A stretch of 64,000 nucleotides of DNA from NCBI GenBank assembly GCA_937995655.1, contig CALKJI010000003.1, forward strand, positions 41,337 to 105,336, given 5' to 3'. The notes beneath the pieces are model-generated. The model saw only the letters and a list, made by a program, of their open reading frames with translations, did no database searches and was not told the DNA's origin. Position numbers and translations under genes: made by a program. The DNA is from an uncultured Pseudothermotoga sp. (GTDB lineage: Bacteria > Thermotogota > Thermotogae > Thermotogales > DSM-5069). Positions 14,530-24,082 of the stretch are shown here, in pieces; position 1 is the stretch's first letter, and every line of letters begins with the position of its first letter.

Positions 14530-14898
14530 ATGAAAATCTCCGAACTGAACTCGGCAATTACAGCTTTGTACTCGATGCGTAAAGACAAACGTGTGCCAAG
14601 AAAGGCAAAAATATTGATTAGCATTGCAGTTGGATACATATTGAGTCCAGTAGATTTGATACCAGATTTTATACCATTCTTGGGACAGTTAGATGATATA
14701 TTGATAGTGCCTACCTTGGTAAGTATGGCGCTCAAATCTATACCAAAGGAACTTTTCGAGGAATATAAAAAGCAGGTTCAGCAAAAACAACTGAATAAGC
14801 GATTTGGAAAGATGACCTTTTTCATCATAGCAGTCTGGGCTTTAGTAATATTCTGGTTGATTCGTACCATCACGAAGGTTGTGCATACTGCAATTTAA
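14530..14898 (+). CDS. YkvA/DUF1232 family membrane protein
   Basis: YILSPVDLIPDFIPFLGQLDD signature. Confidence 0.85.
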   Translation: MKISELNSAITALYSMRKDKRVPRKAKILISIAVGYILSPVDLIPDFIPFLGQLDDILIVPTLVSMALKSIPKELFEEYKKQVQQKQLNKRFGKMTFFIIAVWALVIFWLIRTITKVVHTAI

Positions 14899-14921
14899 TA
14901 TCTTATTCACCTTTTAGACAC

Positions 14922-14949
14922 TTGAAAAGTATAATAGCTTTGATAAAAT
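14922..14949 (+). promoter_or_regulatory. Promoter of tRNA-Asn
   Basis: TTGAAA-16 nt-TAAAAT with extended TG, ending 17 nt before the tRNA. Confidence 0.6.
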
Positions 14950-14965
14950 GATCTTTAGAAACTGT

Positions 14966-15041
14966 TCCGGCGTAGCTCAACCGGTAGAGCGGGTGGCTGT
15001 TAACCACTAGGTTGGGGGTTCGAGTCCCTCCGCCGGAGCCA
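14966..15041 (+). tRNA. tRNA-Asn (GTT)
   Basis: 76-nt cloverleaf; acceptor TCCGGCG/CGCCGGA; anticodon arm GTGG-CT-GTT-AA-CCAC; TTCGAGT T-loop; encoded CCA. Confidence 0.97.
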
Positions 15042-15480
15042 GTTTAGACAATAATACCATGCTGCGGTGATGGGTAATTTTTGTTTTGCAATCTCTCACA
15101 CATACGAGTAATTCATCAGTTGATATCATATTTATAAACCAACCGGACGATCCCTTTTAAAATCTTGCATCCTGTATAATGACTTTCTTCAGACTCTACC
15201 GTTCAATTTACGAAACATCAAACTTTCTCTTGCCTTGAACTGTTTCTATCATCCTTGTCTCTGGCTCTGTCAATATAATTCGTGGACTAACTGCTCAGTT
15301 TTGCTCAACCTTTAGGTATAAAAAGTTGTCAAGGAAAATTTTAATAAAAACTGCGCCTGTATAATTGGCAAAAGAACGTTACCACAGCGAAAGTATGGCA
15401 GGATGTCAAGAGAGATGTAAGGGACTGTTTTTCGTCAATTTATTAACGCAAGCCTTTAGAAGGTACAGTCACTTTGAACT

Positions 15481-16623
15481 TCACCCTGCACGAGTGAACT
15501 CCCTATGGACCTTTTTGAGGAGTGATGGGATCTCTAATTTCTGAGGGCATTTGCTCAGACACTGACCGCATTCTACACAAAGGGATGCCGAGATCTTTTG
15601 ATTTTCAAACCATCGGTATATTCCCTTTCCTTCTTCCATATTCTCGAACATGACCGCTTCGTTGTATATCCTGAAATTCCCAGGAATATCCACACCACTT
15701 GGACAGGGCAGACAGTAGCCACACCCGGTACAATTTATCACTGCAAAGGACTGTAAAGTTTTCCTAACCTTCCCGATCACTTGAAGATCATCCACGCTCA
15801 AGGTATTTTCTACCAAATGGTCTGCGATCTTGAGATTTTCTCTCAGCTGCTCTAAGCTACTCATGCCACTCAAAACGACCGATACCTGTGGAAGGTTGCC
15901 AAGCCATCTTAAACTCCATTCCACAGCAGACCAACTCTTTTCACTTTCTTTGAAAATATCCATGACCTTCTTTGGAAGTTTTGCAAGTTTACCTCCCTTG
16001 AGAGGTTCCATTATTACAACAGCCAAGCCTTTTGAAGAGGCATAGTTCAAACCTTTCAGACCTGCTTGATAGTCAATATCCATGTAATTTAGTTGAATCT
16101 GACAGAAATCCCAAAGACTGTATTCGTCAACGATTTGTTTAAAGACATGGTATCTATCGTGAAAAGAAAAACCAGCAAATCTTATCTTCCCTTCCGCTTT
16201 TGCCTTTGCGAAGAACTTCGAAAATTCCAAAGCCTTTATCTTTTCCCATCTTTGTTTATTGAGTGCGTGCATGAGGTACATATCAATATGATCGACCTGA
16301 AGTTTTTCCAACTGTTCATCCAAAAATCTTTCAAAATCTTCATATCTTTCTACCTGCCACACAGGCGATTTGGTAGCAAGAAAGATCTTCTCTCTGTAGC
16401 CATCTTTCAAAGCCTTCCCAACTACTACTTCACTCTTTCCTCTATGATAAGGATATGCCGTATCGACGTAGTTCACACCGTGATCAATGGCGTATCTGAT
16501 CATCTCAATTGCTTTTTCTTCATCAATTTGTGATTCATCGTTGTTCAAGGTAGGGAATCTCATGGCACCAAATCCCAACACAGAACAGCTCACACCTGTC
16601 TTTCCAAAGTTCCTATACTGCAT
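15481..16623 (-). CDS. Aldo/keto reductase with C-terminal 4Fe-4S dicluster
   Basis: LGFGAMRFP, YVDTAYPY, LATK and GFSFH AKR motifs; CTGCGYCLPCP and CVECGQCLSKCP. Confidence 0.9.
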   Translation of the reverse strand: MQYRNFGKTGVSCSVLGFGAMRFPTLNNDESQIDEEKAIEMIRYAIDHGVNYVDTAYPYHRGKSEVVVGKALKDGYREKIFLATKSPVWQVERYEDFERFLDEQLEKLQVDHIDMYLMHALNKQRWEKIKALEFSKFFAKAKAEGKIRFAGFSFHDRYHVFKQIVDEYSLWDFCQIQLNYMDIDYQAGLKGLNYASSKGLAVVIMEPLKGGKLAKLPKKVMDIFKESEKSWSAVEWSLRWLGNLPQVSVVLSGMSSLEQLRENLKIADHLVENTLSVDDLQVIGKVRKTLQSFAVINCTGCGYCLPCPSGVDIPGNFRIYNEAVMFENMEEGKGIYRWFENQKISASLCVECGQCLSKCPQKLEIPSLLKKVHREFTRAG

Positions 16624-16762
16624 CGATCTACCTCCTTGTGACTGTTGATTTTATTTCATATGATACCATACTGAAGTGACTGAAACATTGTCTGAAAAAC
16701 AAAATCGGATATTACAAAGACTTTGAACCTGAAGTTTCAAGGTTGAACTCAGAAGAATTGTT

Positions 16763-18508
16763 CTATTGAGAGTAGAAGTTATCCCTTGAGGATATATCCC
16801 CAAAGCCTTTATGAAAGGAATCAAATCCCCTTTTCTTTTCAAACTTCGCTTTGTACATTTGTAAATCTGCCTCCCTCAAGGCATCTTCAATACTCACTGT
16901 GCTATCTGTCGTCCACTGTGAAAAACCATAGCTCAAGGAAATGTTCAGACTTGGAAAATCCTTGAATTTGACCTGTTCAAGAAAACTCTGAATTCTTTGA
17001 ACAACTTGCTCTGCTTCTTGTATTTTTAGATCAAAGAACAAGATAACAAACTCGTCTCCCCCGATTCTGAATGATAGGTCCTTTTTCCTTATCTCCCCCT
17101 GTAACTTTACAGATAAAGTCTTTAAAACTATATCACCCACATCATGACCGTATGAATCATTGACTCGTTTGAAAGAATCTATATCCAAAAAACATATTGA
17201 AAGATTACCTCCTCTTTTTTGTATATCTTCAAGGCATTTTATCAAAAATCTTCTGTTGAAAAGACCAGTAAGGGGATCAAGAAAGATATCGAATTTGTAT
17301 TTTTCAAGATCCTCCTTCAGGCGTTCATTTGTTAGATTTTGTGCTATTATTCGGTCTCTCATCTGTTCCTTCATTTGCTGAAAAGATTGTCTCAGGTCTG
17401 ATATTTCCCTAATGTAAGAATCGACAGAGCGGCTTTCATCATTTACATCAAGTGGTGATCTTTGAAAACGGTTGATATCGTTCAGTAAACCTACGATGGA
17501 ATTTGAAATATTCTTGAAGACACCAAGGCTTGCCAAGAATACAAACAAGACCGCCACTGCCATGGTAGAATTAAGAACCAAAATCACTGAGTTTTTCATC
17601 TGTTCCATTTTCGAGAAATCCAAAGTTGTCAAAGCCCTAATCGTGAAAAAGGCGCTCTTTCCACTCCAATCGATACTCTGACCTGCTATGGGAATCCAGT
17701 TTTTGTACAACTTGAAGAGCGAAGAACCTACGTTCTGGACAACAAAATTATTTTCCGCTTCTTGCTTGTTGAAAAAATCCTTCTCTTGTGCTATAACTGG
17801 CTCGTACTCACCAAATGGTATGAAAGATAGGCTATAAAGGCGAATCTCTCTTATATACTTATTGGCTTTCATAATTCTTTGTAGACCTTCCCATAGATCT
17901 GTTACGATCACTGGATCAAGAGCCAAACCAATCTCTATTATCCAGCCGTCTTGCAACTTCTTATAACCAAAGATTCTTGGGAGATTTGTCCTATACTCAA
18001 AACTCAGACTTTCCATCAGATATTCTCCAGGGTTCAATGGTTCCAATCTTCCTGTCCAGTACCTTGGAACGGCTTTTGCAATATCAAGCCCAAGATCTTT
18101 CGTATAATCTGTCCTTTCGATGACCCCACCAGGACTTATCAAGTACCAGTTCACACCGCTGACATACTGTAATAAGTATCTGCTCACCTCATCATTCAAA
18201 GTTTGGGTCAATTGTCGATCTGAAACAATGCTTTTGCTTCCATATTGCTGAGCCAATTCGTCTATCAAAGTTTTCAAAACTGGTTTATAAGAAAGATCGA
18301 AAGTCTTAACCGTTCTTTGCCACTGATCTATGTATGAAGACACCGAGTTCACTGTATTCTCAAAGGTTGGCTCGAAAACATACTTATGATAAAAGTGATT
18401 GAAAACAGCTGTCAAGGTTAAAGTCGTCGCAATTATAGTCAAGACAGATGGCAAGATGAATTTCTTGAAAATCAGACCCATTAAAGCATTTTTTGAGATT
18501 TTTCTCAA
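16763..18508 (-). CDS. Membrane diguanylate cyclase with extracytoplasmic sensor domain
   Basis: Two TM segments flank a ~270-aa domain; DPLTGLFNRR, DIDSFKRVND, RKKD I-site, GGDEF. Confidence 0.9.
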   Translation of the reverse strand: MRKISKNALMGLIFKKFILPSVLTIIATTLTLTAVFNHFYHKYVFEPTFENTVNSVSSYIDQWQRTVKTFDLSYKPVLKTLIDELAQQYGSKSIVSDRQLTQTLNDEVSRYLLQYVSGVNWYLISPGGVIERTDYTKDLGLDIAKAVPRYWTGRLEPLNPGEYLMESLSFEYRTNLPRIFGYKKLQDGWIIEIGLALDPVIVTDLWEGLQRIMKANKYIREIRLYSLSFIPFGEYEPVIAQEKDFFNKQEAENNFVVQNVGSSLFKLYKNWIPIAGQSIDWSGKSAFFTIRALTTLDFSKMEQMKNSVILVLNSTMAVAVLFVFLASLGVFKNISNSIVGLLNDINRFQRSPLDVNDESRSVDSYIREISDLRQSFQQMKEQMRDRIIAQNLTNERLKEDLEKYKFDIFLDPLTGLFNRRFLIKCLEDIQKRGGNLSICFLDIDSFKRVNDSYGHDVGDIVLKTLSVKLQGEIRKKDLSFRIGGDEFVILFFDLKIQEAEQVVQRIQSFLEQVKFKDFPSLNISLSYGFSQWTTDSTVSIEDALREADLQMYKAKFEKKRGFDSFHKGFGDISSRDNFYSQ

Positions 18509-18623
18509 TTTTTTCGCCCCGAACGTTGAATTTTCAACAATTTCTCACTTTATACAGACACCGACCCTGTCAAAGCACAACCTGACCTTTTTGAAAAAAA
18601 TAACTGAAAAATCCGGGCTAAAC

Positions 18624-19901
18624 TCATACACCAGGACCTTGCAACTTGCTGTTTCCGAAGAAACCCAACTTTTTTAATCTTCCGAAAGATACACCTGTTA
18701 TGAGCCGATCACTGTTGAAAATCTTAGTTATAAGAATTATTAAAGTGATTCCAAGGATGACATTGTAAATACATCCATAGACTACAAATGAGCTCTTGCC
18801 AAAGAGCAGATTTCTTATTGAAAGCATTGGGTGTGTGAAGGGTATGGCAAAGATAACTACTTTGAGTGGGAGGGAAAGCGAAGAGAAATCTTTGAACATG
18901 GTTATGAGCATACTGAAAATAGCAAGAGCTGTTAATGGAAAAGTCATCGTCTGGGCGCTTTTGAAGTCCTTGGAGATGACACCTAAGAACATGGACATAC
19001 CTATTCCACACAAAAGCGCTGAAAACAAAGAGACACCAACAAGTATATAATCCAAAGTTCCAAGGGATATACCCAGCGAAGCAGCCGACGAAAAGGTGAA
19101 AGATTTCATGTAAAAATTGAATCCAACCATGTATATCCCTGCCATTACCAGTCCTGAGATTGTTGCTGCGAGAATCTTTGAGAAAACGATGTAACTTCTT
19201 TTGACCGGCATCGTCATAAGAGTTTCCAGTGTTTTGTTCTCCTTCTCTAGTCCCATTGAAGCGATCACCGTACTACCAGCCATGATTATGAGCATCATCA
19301 TCACAACCGATGTCATAGTATTCTGGGAACTTGTAATGTTCAAAAGTTGTGAAGGTGAAAGTCCCTCAAATGTTCTCTGATTGAAGAAGGTTGCGTCAAC
19401 TTTTTCAATAGGATCAAGTACAAAGTGTGGATCCTCGATACCATGTTGGTTCATCAAAACCATTCGTATTTGATTCTCAACATTCTCAAACAACTTTTCA
19501 AAAACACTCGATGAAATAGTGTCAGCTAAGCCAAGTCCTTTCAAAAGCCAGAATACCTTTATCTTCCCTTTTTCGTTGGACTTGATGCTGTTAGTGAAGT
19601 CCTGGTCTATAAGAAGAAGTGCCGTTCCACCATTTTGCTGTAAATTCTTTAAGCCTTCTTGTAGATTCTGCCCCGAGTAAATGATCTGTACAAAATTAGC
19701 TATACTTTGTTCAAAAATTGTTCCCAGGTTTTCTTTATCAAAGTTAACAACGGCTACCATTGGTTTTTTCAATACCTCTGTTTCAATGTTGCCCACGGTC
19801 TTACCGATAAGGGCGTAGACAAAAGATATCACTATTACAACGATAAAACTGGACACGGTTAAAACTTCTCTGAGCTCTTTTTTCAGCAAGTTCCAGAACA
19901 T
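18624..19901 (-). CDS. ABC-2 type permease (NatB-like)
   Basis: KKELRE N-terminus, large extracytoplasmic loop, EKENKTLETLMTMP, GKILA-like SKILA, six C-terminal TMs. Confidence 0.85.
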   Translation of the reverse strand: MFWNLLKKELREVLTVSSFIVVIVISFVYALIGKTVGNIETEVLKKPMVAVVNFDKENLGTIFEQSIANFVQIIYSGQNLQEGLKNLQQNGGTALLLIDQDFTNSIKSNEKGKIKVFWLLKGLGLADTISSSVFEKLFENVENQIRMVLMNQHGIEDPHFVLDPIEKVDATFFNQRTFEGLSPSQLLNITSSQNTMTSVVMMMLIIMAGSTVIASMGLEKENKTLETLMTMPVKRSYIVFSKILAATISGLVMAGIYMVGFNFYMKSFTFSSAASLGISLGTLDYILVGVSLFSALLCGIGMSMFLGVISKDFKSAQTMTFPLTALAIFSMLITMFKDFSSLSLPLKVVIFAIPFTHPMLSIRNLLFGKSSFVVYGCIYNVILGITLIILITKIFNSDRLITGVSFGRLKKLGFFGNSKLQGPGV

Positions 19902-20617
19902 CGTATCACCTCTGTGAAGACTTCCTCAACATTTGACACACCAAACTCCTCTTTCAAACTAGTTGGTGTGCCACTTTTTACAATCTCCCCGTTATTTATG
20001 AGGGCTACTCGATCACAGAGAAACTCAACTTCAAGCATATTATGCGACGAAAGAAGTACAGTTCCACCATTTTTGACAAACTCCTTTATTTTATTTCTCA
20101 CCTCACGAGCACTCAACACATCCAGACCTGATGTGGGTTCGTCCAGGACAGCCAACTTGGGACTAATCATCAATGCCCTTGCTATTAAAAGTCGCCTGGT
20201 CATACCTTTACTGTATGTGCTTACCTTTGTTTTCAGGCGATCAGACAAATCGGACAGTTGTACTCCCTTTTCAACTATCTGCTGGAAATCTTTCTCGTCC
20301 CTTGCAAAGAACTTGGCAATGAATTTTAGATATTCCAAACCAGTGAGTTCTTTATAAGCACCCGCGTCCTCTGGAAGATAACTTATAACCTTTCTAATTT
20401 CCTGAGGTTCCTTCAAAAGATCGTATCCGAAAACCTTCACAGTTCCCGCATCAGGCTTTAATAAAGTACAAATGATCCTCAAAGTGGTAGTCTTGCCAGC
20501 GCCGTTTGGACCTATAAGGCCAAAGATTTCACCTTTCTGGATCTCAAAAGTAATCCCCTTTAGAGCCTTAAAATTACCATAGCTTTTTCTAAGATCATTA
20601 ACCTCCACTACCTTCAC
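19883..20617 (-). CDS. ABC transporter ATP-binding protein (NatA-like)
   Basis: GPNGAGKTT, YSKGM, VLDEPTSGLD, SSH; the true start is likely GTG at 20617 after GGGGA. Confidence 0.9.
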   Translation of the reverse strand: MKVVEVNDLRKSYGNFKALKGITFEIQKGEIFGLIGPNGAGKTTTLRIICTLLKPDAGTVKVFGYDLLKEPQEIRKVISYLPEDAGAYKELTGLEYLKFIAKFFARDEKDFQQIVEKGVQLSDLSDRLKTKVSTYSKGMTRRLLIARALMISPKLAVLDEPTSGLDVLSAREVRNKIKEFVKNGGTVLLSSHNMLEVEFLCDRVALINNGEIVKSGTPTSLKEEFGVSNVEEVFTEVIRCSGTC

Positions 20618-20809
20618 TGTATCATCCCCCCAGGAAAATATACAGGTAGATAGAAATACACATATGAAGATCAAAGAAAGTTCATTGACTGGTATATAAT
20701 AATTAATAATTGTTTCACATTGATCATAATCATGCGAGAAAAGCTTAGTCGCCGATTTTTTGACTAAACCTGTGCCTGGTGTGTTAAAATCAGCTCGAGG
20801 TGTCTTGTT

Positions 20810-21430
20810 TTGGTAATAATCGACTATCTCAAGCATATCATAGAGATTGTGATAACAGGCTTCATAGCAGTGATTTTAACAGTTGTACCACGTGAGTATC
20901 TCAAGGCACAAGTTGCCATCTTCTTTGGCGATCAGACACCAGCCAAGGTGGGGCGTGTTTCACTCAATCCATTTGTCCACCTTGATCCCATAGGCACTAT
21001 AACATTTATATTTCTTGATTTTGGTTGGTCACGGCCTGTCCCTATAAGGCCTTGGAATCTCAAAGGACGGAAGAAAACCTTTCTGCTTGTTTCATTTGTG
21101 GGGCCAACAGTTGGTGCCTTATGTTTTTTGATATATGGATTGTTTGCACGATCATTACAGAACAAGGATAGCTATGTTTTCGAAACACTCTTCAAAGCCG
21201 CAAAGTTCAGTCTCACGTACGTCATCTTTTCATTGTTTCCCATACCGCCACTCGACGGTTCAAGGATACTGGGCGCCCTTCTTCCAGAAGACTACACGGA
21301 GTGGTACCTAAAATATGAAGTGTACGGCGTATTATTTTTGTTAGCCTTGGTTGTTCTTTGGATCATTCCGCTTGTGATGAGTCCATTTATGAACTTCATC
21401 GACAAGCTGACACTGTTTGTAACAGGATGA
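20810..21430 (+). CDS. Site-2 protease (M50, short YwhC-like) homologue lacking HExxH
   Basis: GDxTP..GRVSLNPFVHLDPIG, GWSRPVP, GP and PIPPLDG motifs, but REYLK occupies the HExxH position. Confidence 0.8.
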   Translation: MVIIDYLKHIIEIVITGFIAVILTVVPREYLKAQVAIFFGDQTPAKVGRVSLNPFVHLDPIGTITFIFLDFGWSRPVPIRPWNLKGRKKTFLLVSFVGPTVGALCFLIYGLFARSLQNKDSYVFETLFKAAKFSLTYVIFSLFPIPPLDGSRILGALLPEDYTEWYLKYEVYGVLFLLALVVLWIIPLVMSPFMNFIDKLTLFVTG

Positions 21431-21444
21431 GGGGAGCTGTAAAG

Positions 21445-21933
21445 ATGCTGGTGATGCGATATCCACTGTCTTTGAATGTCATCAGGAGATTGAAAGCCTC
21501 AGATCTTGTGAAATATACAGGCAGGATCATCGTACTTAGCAAAACAGCCTTTGAAAGAATCGTCACCTACGAAAAGGCTGAGGGATTAATACCAGAGTAT
21601 ATAAACGGTGAACTGATATGCTTTGGTTCGGTCCATAATAATTCTGTTCAACTTTTAGAAGCGAAAGAATATGAAGATTTCCTTGAAAAGTCCTTCCTGT
21701 TTGGTGCTGTCTCTATCTTGTCAGAAAACTCGAAAGTCAGCAATTTTTATTTTAAGAGATATGCGAGAGTTATGTTTGTTCCTACTTGTGATGTAACAGT
21801 GAAATCTTTCAGAATCCTGGCGTACGCAGATTTGAAGAATGAGGCGGTTATGGAAATTGAGACTGAAGATCTTTTGATGCGTGTTGCTATAGATTCAAAG
21901 GGATTTACAAAGGCTGTGGAGGTAGATCAATGA
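21445..21933 (+). CDS. Degenerate Fe-S hydro-lyase (class I fumarase/tartrate dehydratase) beta-subunit homologue
   Basis: LKASDLVKYTGRIIV and ILAYADLKNEAVMEIETEDLLMRVAIDSKG follow the family pattern; RD, GPTTS and GKG motifs are absent. ATG 21445 follows GAGGGG. Confidence 0.7.
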   Translation: MLVMRYPLSLNVIRRLKASDLVKYTGRIIVLSKTAFERIVTYEKAEGLIPEYINGELICFGSVHNNSVQLLEAKEYEDFLEKSFLFGAVSILSENSKVSNFYFKRYARVMFVPTCDVTVKSFRILAYADLKNEAVMEIETEDLLMRVAIDSKGFTKAVEVDQ

Positions 21934-23009
21934 AATCCTGTTTTATTTTTGGCACTAGACCAGAGGTCATAAAAATCGCCCCAGTGATCCTGTATTTCAA
22001 AGGCCGCAACGAAGAAACCCTTACGATTGCAACGGCACAACACAGAGAAATGATGGACATGATGGTAGAAGTTTTTAATATAAAACCTGACTACGATCTG
22101 AATATCATGACTCAAAACCAGTCCTTGAACATGATAGTCTCGCGAGTAATGGAAAGACTTGAGCCAGTTCTAGTAAAGGAAAAGCCCGATATAGTCTTCG
22201 TACAGGGTGATACAACTACTGCTTTCACGGCTAGTTTATGTGCCTTTCATCTTTCTATCCCCGTGGCGCACATCGAAGCTGGACTGAGGAGCAACAATCT
22301 TTACGATCCATTCCCCGAAGAATTGAACAGAAGGTTGATCGATGTATCATGCAAATACTTATTTGCGCCCACCAAGAGAGCAAAGGAAAATCTTTTGCGA
22401 GAAGGTGTAGAGGAAAACAGAATCTTTGTGGTCGGTAATACTGTCATAGATGCATTACAGCTCATAAGAGAAAGGGTCGATATGGTCTCTCTGAGAAAAG
22501 AACTCATCGATTCAGATGGGTATATCTTGATGACGCTCCATCGCAGAGAGAACATTGGCGAAAAGATGAAATCTATTCTCGCTGCAACGATAAAATTTGT
22601 AAGTGAAAACGGTCTCAAAGTAGTCTTCCCAGTTCACAAGAATCCAAAGGTCAGAGAGATCGTCAAACAAGTGATTGATGACAATCCGGACTTTGTCCTC
22701 ACCGAACCTGTCGATTATTTACACTTTCTTTCGCTCTTAGATGGTGCAAAGTTCGTCTTGACAGATTCGGGAGGTATTCAGGAAGAAGCACCATCCTTCA
22801 AAAAATTCGTTGTGGTCACAAGACAAACGACTGAAAGACCCGAATTGATCGAAGCGGGGCTTGGTATACTTGCCGGCACGTCTTTTGACACGGTCTATGA
22901 AGCTTTGAAGGATGCCTATAAGAAAAAAGTGGATTTTGTTGAAAACCCTTTTGGTGACGGAAGAACCTCAGAACGAATATACAAGATCATAAGAGGTGAT
23001 ACTACTTGA
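21930..23009 (+). CDS. wecB: UDP-N-acetylglucosamine 2-epimerase (non-hydrolysing)
   Basis: FGTRPEVIK, VQGDTTT, HIEAGLRS, TLHRREN, TDSGGIQEEAP, TERPE, NPFGDG. Confidence 0.95.
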   Translation: MKSCFIFGTRPEVIKIAPVILYFKGRNEETLTIATAQHREMMDMMVEVFNIKPDYDLNIMTQNQSLNMIVSRVMERLEPVLVKEKPDIVFVQGDTTTAFTASLCAFHLSIPVAHIEAGLRSNNLYDPFPEELNRRLIDVSCKYLFAPTKRAKENLLREGVEENRIFVVGNTVIDALQLIRERVDMVSLRKELIDSDGYILMTLHRRENIGEKMKSILAATIKFVSENGLKVVFPVHKNPKVREIVKQVIDDNPDFVLTEPVDYLHFLSLLDGAKFVLTDSGGIQEEAPSFKKFVVVTRQTTERPELIEAGLGILAGTSFDTVYEALKDAYKKKVDFVENPFGDGRTSERIYKIIRGDTT

Positions 23010-24082
23010 CACTCAGAATGGCTCTGATTGGGTGTGGGAGAATTTCTCCAAAACACGTTGAGGCCGTAATTGAAAATAGTGAACTTCTGAAATTGGTAGC
23101 TGTCTGTGATTTGATCCCTGAAAAGGCCGAGAAAACCGCCGAAAAAATTTACAGCACTCTTGGGTATAAACCAAAGATATACAAAGATTATAAAGAATTG
23201 TTAAAGACATCCGATATAGATTTTGTGTCGATCGCGACACCCAGTGGGTCACACTATCAAATAACAATGGATTGCCTACAGAGCAATAGACACGTACTCG
23301 TTGAAAAGCCAATGGCCTTGAGCACATCCCACATGAGTGAAATGATAAAGTTATCTAGGGATAAGAACCTAAGACTGGGCGTTTGTTTTCAAAACAGATT
23401 TAACCCACCCATACAGGAACTGAGGAAAAAGATAGAAAATGGAGCCCTTGGCAAGATATTCTACGGGACTATAAGCGTCAGATGGAATAGAAACAAGGAT
23501 TATTATGAGCAGGCTCCATGGCGTGGGACATGGGACCAAGACGGTGGGGTTTTGATGAATCAAAGCATTCACGGTATAGATTTGCTCCAATGGATGCTTG
23601 GTGGCAAACCAAAGAGAGTCTTTGGCATGATAAAAAACTTGAACCATCCATACATAGAATCAGAAGACCTTGGCATCGGAGTGGTGGAATTCGAGTCTGG
23701 TGCCGTAGGAATAATAGAAGGTACTTCAAATGTGTACGATAAAAACTTAGAAGAAGTCCTATCTATCTTTGGTGAAAAAGGAACGGTTAAAATTGGGGGA
23801 GTAGCGGTTAATCGCATCCTTGTGTGGAGATTTCCAAACGAAAATGATCATCCCTACATGAATCTTCCAGATCCAGATACCGTCTACGGAAAAGGACATG
23901 TTGCGTTGTACAAAGATTTCTGTAGAGCAGTGACAAAAGGTGAGGAGCCATATATCAACGGTGAAGAAGCGCAAAAGGCTGTACAGATAATCTTGGGAAT
24001 ATACAGATCGGCTATCGAAAATAAATGGGTGGACTTGCCGATGGATTTTTCTACCGAGCAGATGAAAAGGTGGTCTTTCTGA
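23006..24082 (+). CDS. Gfo/Idh/MocA oxidoreductase, WlbA/WbpB-like UDP-HexNAcA 3-dehydrogenase
   Basis: IGCGRIS, VEKPMA, CFQNRFNP, WRGTWDQDGGVLMNQSIHGID, VYGKGH. Confidence 0.85.
   Translation: MTLRMALIGCGRISPKHVEAVIENSELLKLVAVCDLIPEKAEKTAEKIYSTLGYKPKIYKDYKELLKTSDIDFVSIATPSGSHYQITMDCLQSNRHVLVEKPMALSTSHMSEMIKLSRDKNLRLGVCFQNRFNPPIQELRKKIENGALGKIFYGTISVRWNRNKDYYEQAPWRGTWDQDGGVLMNQSIHGIDLLQWMLGGKPKRVFGMIKNLNHPYIESEDLGIGVVEFESGAVGIIEGTSNVYDKNLEEVLSIFGEKGTVKIGGVAVNRILVWRFPNENDHPYMNLPDPDTVYGKGHVALYKDFCRAVTKGEEPYINGEEAQKAVQIILGIYRSAIENKWVDLPMDFSTEQMKRWSF

Noticed and set aside
15042-15480. Integrated element or gene remnant downstream of tRNA-Asn
   Set aside because: No duplicated tRNA end; all frames are broken by stops and show no recognisable motif.
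20618-20836. 73-aa N-terminal extension of the ABC ATPase
   Set aside because: Non-homologous sequence spanning a divergent promoter region; GTG 20617 with SD gives a normal protein.
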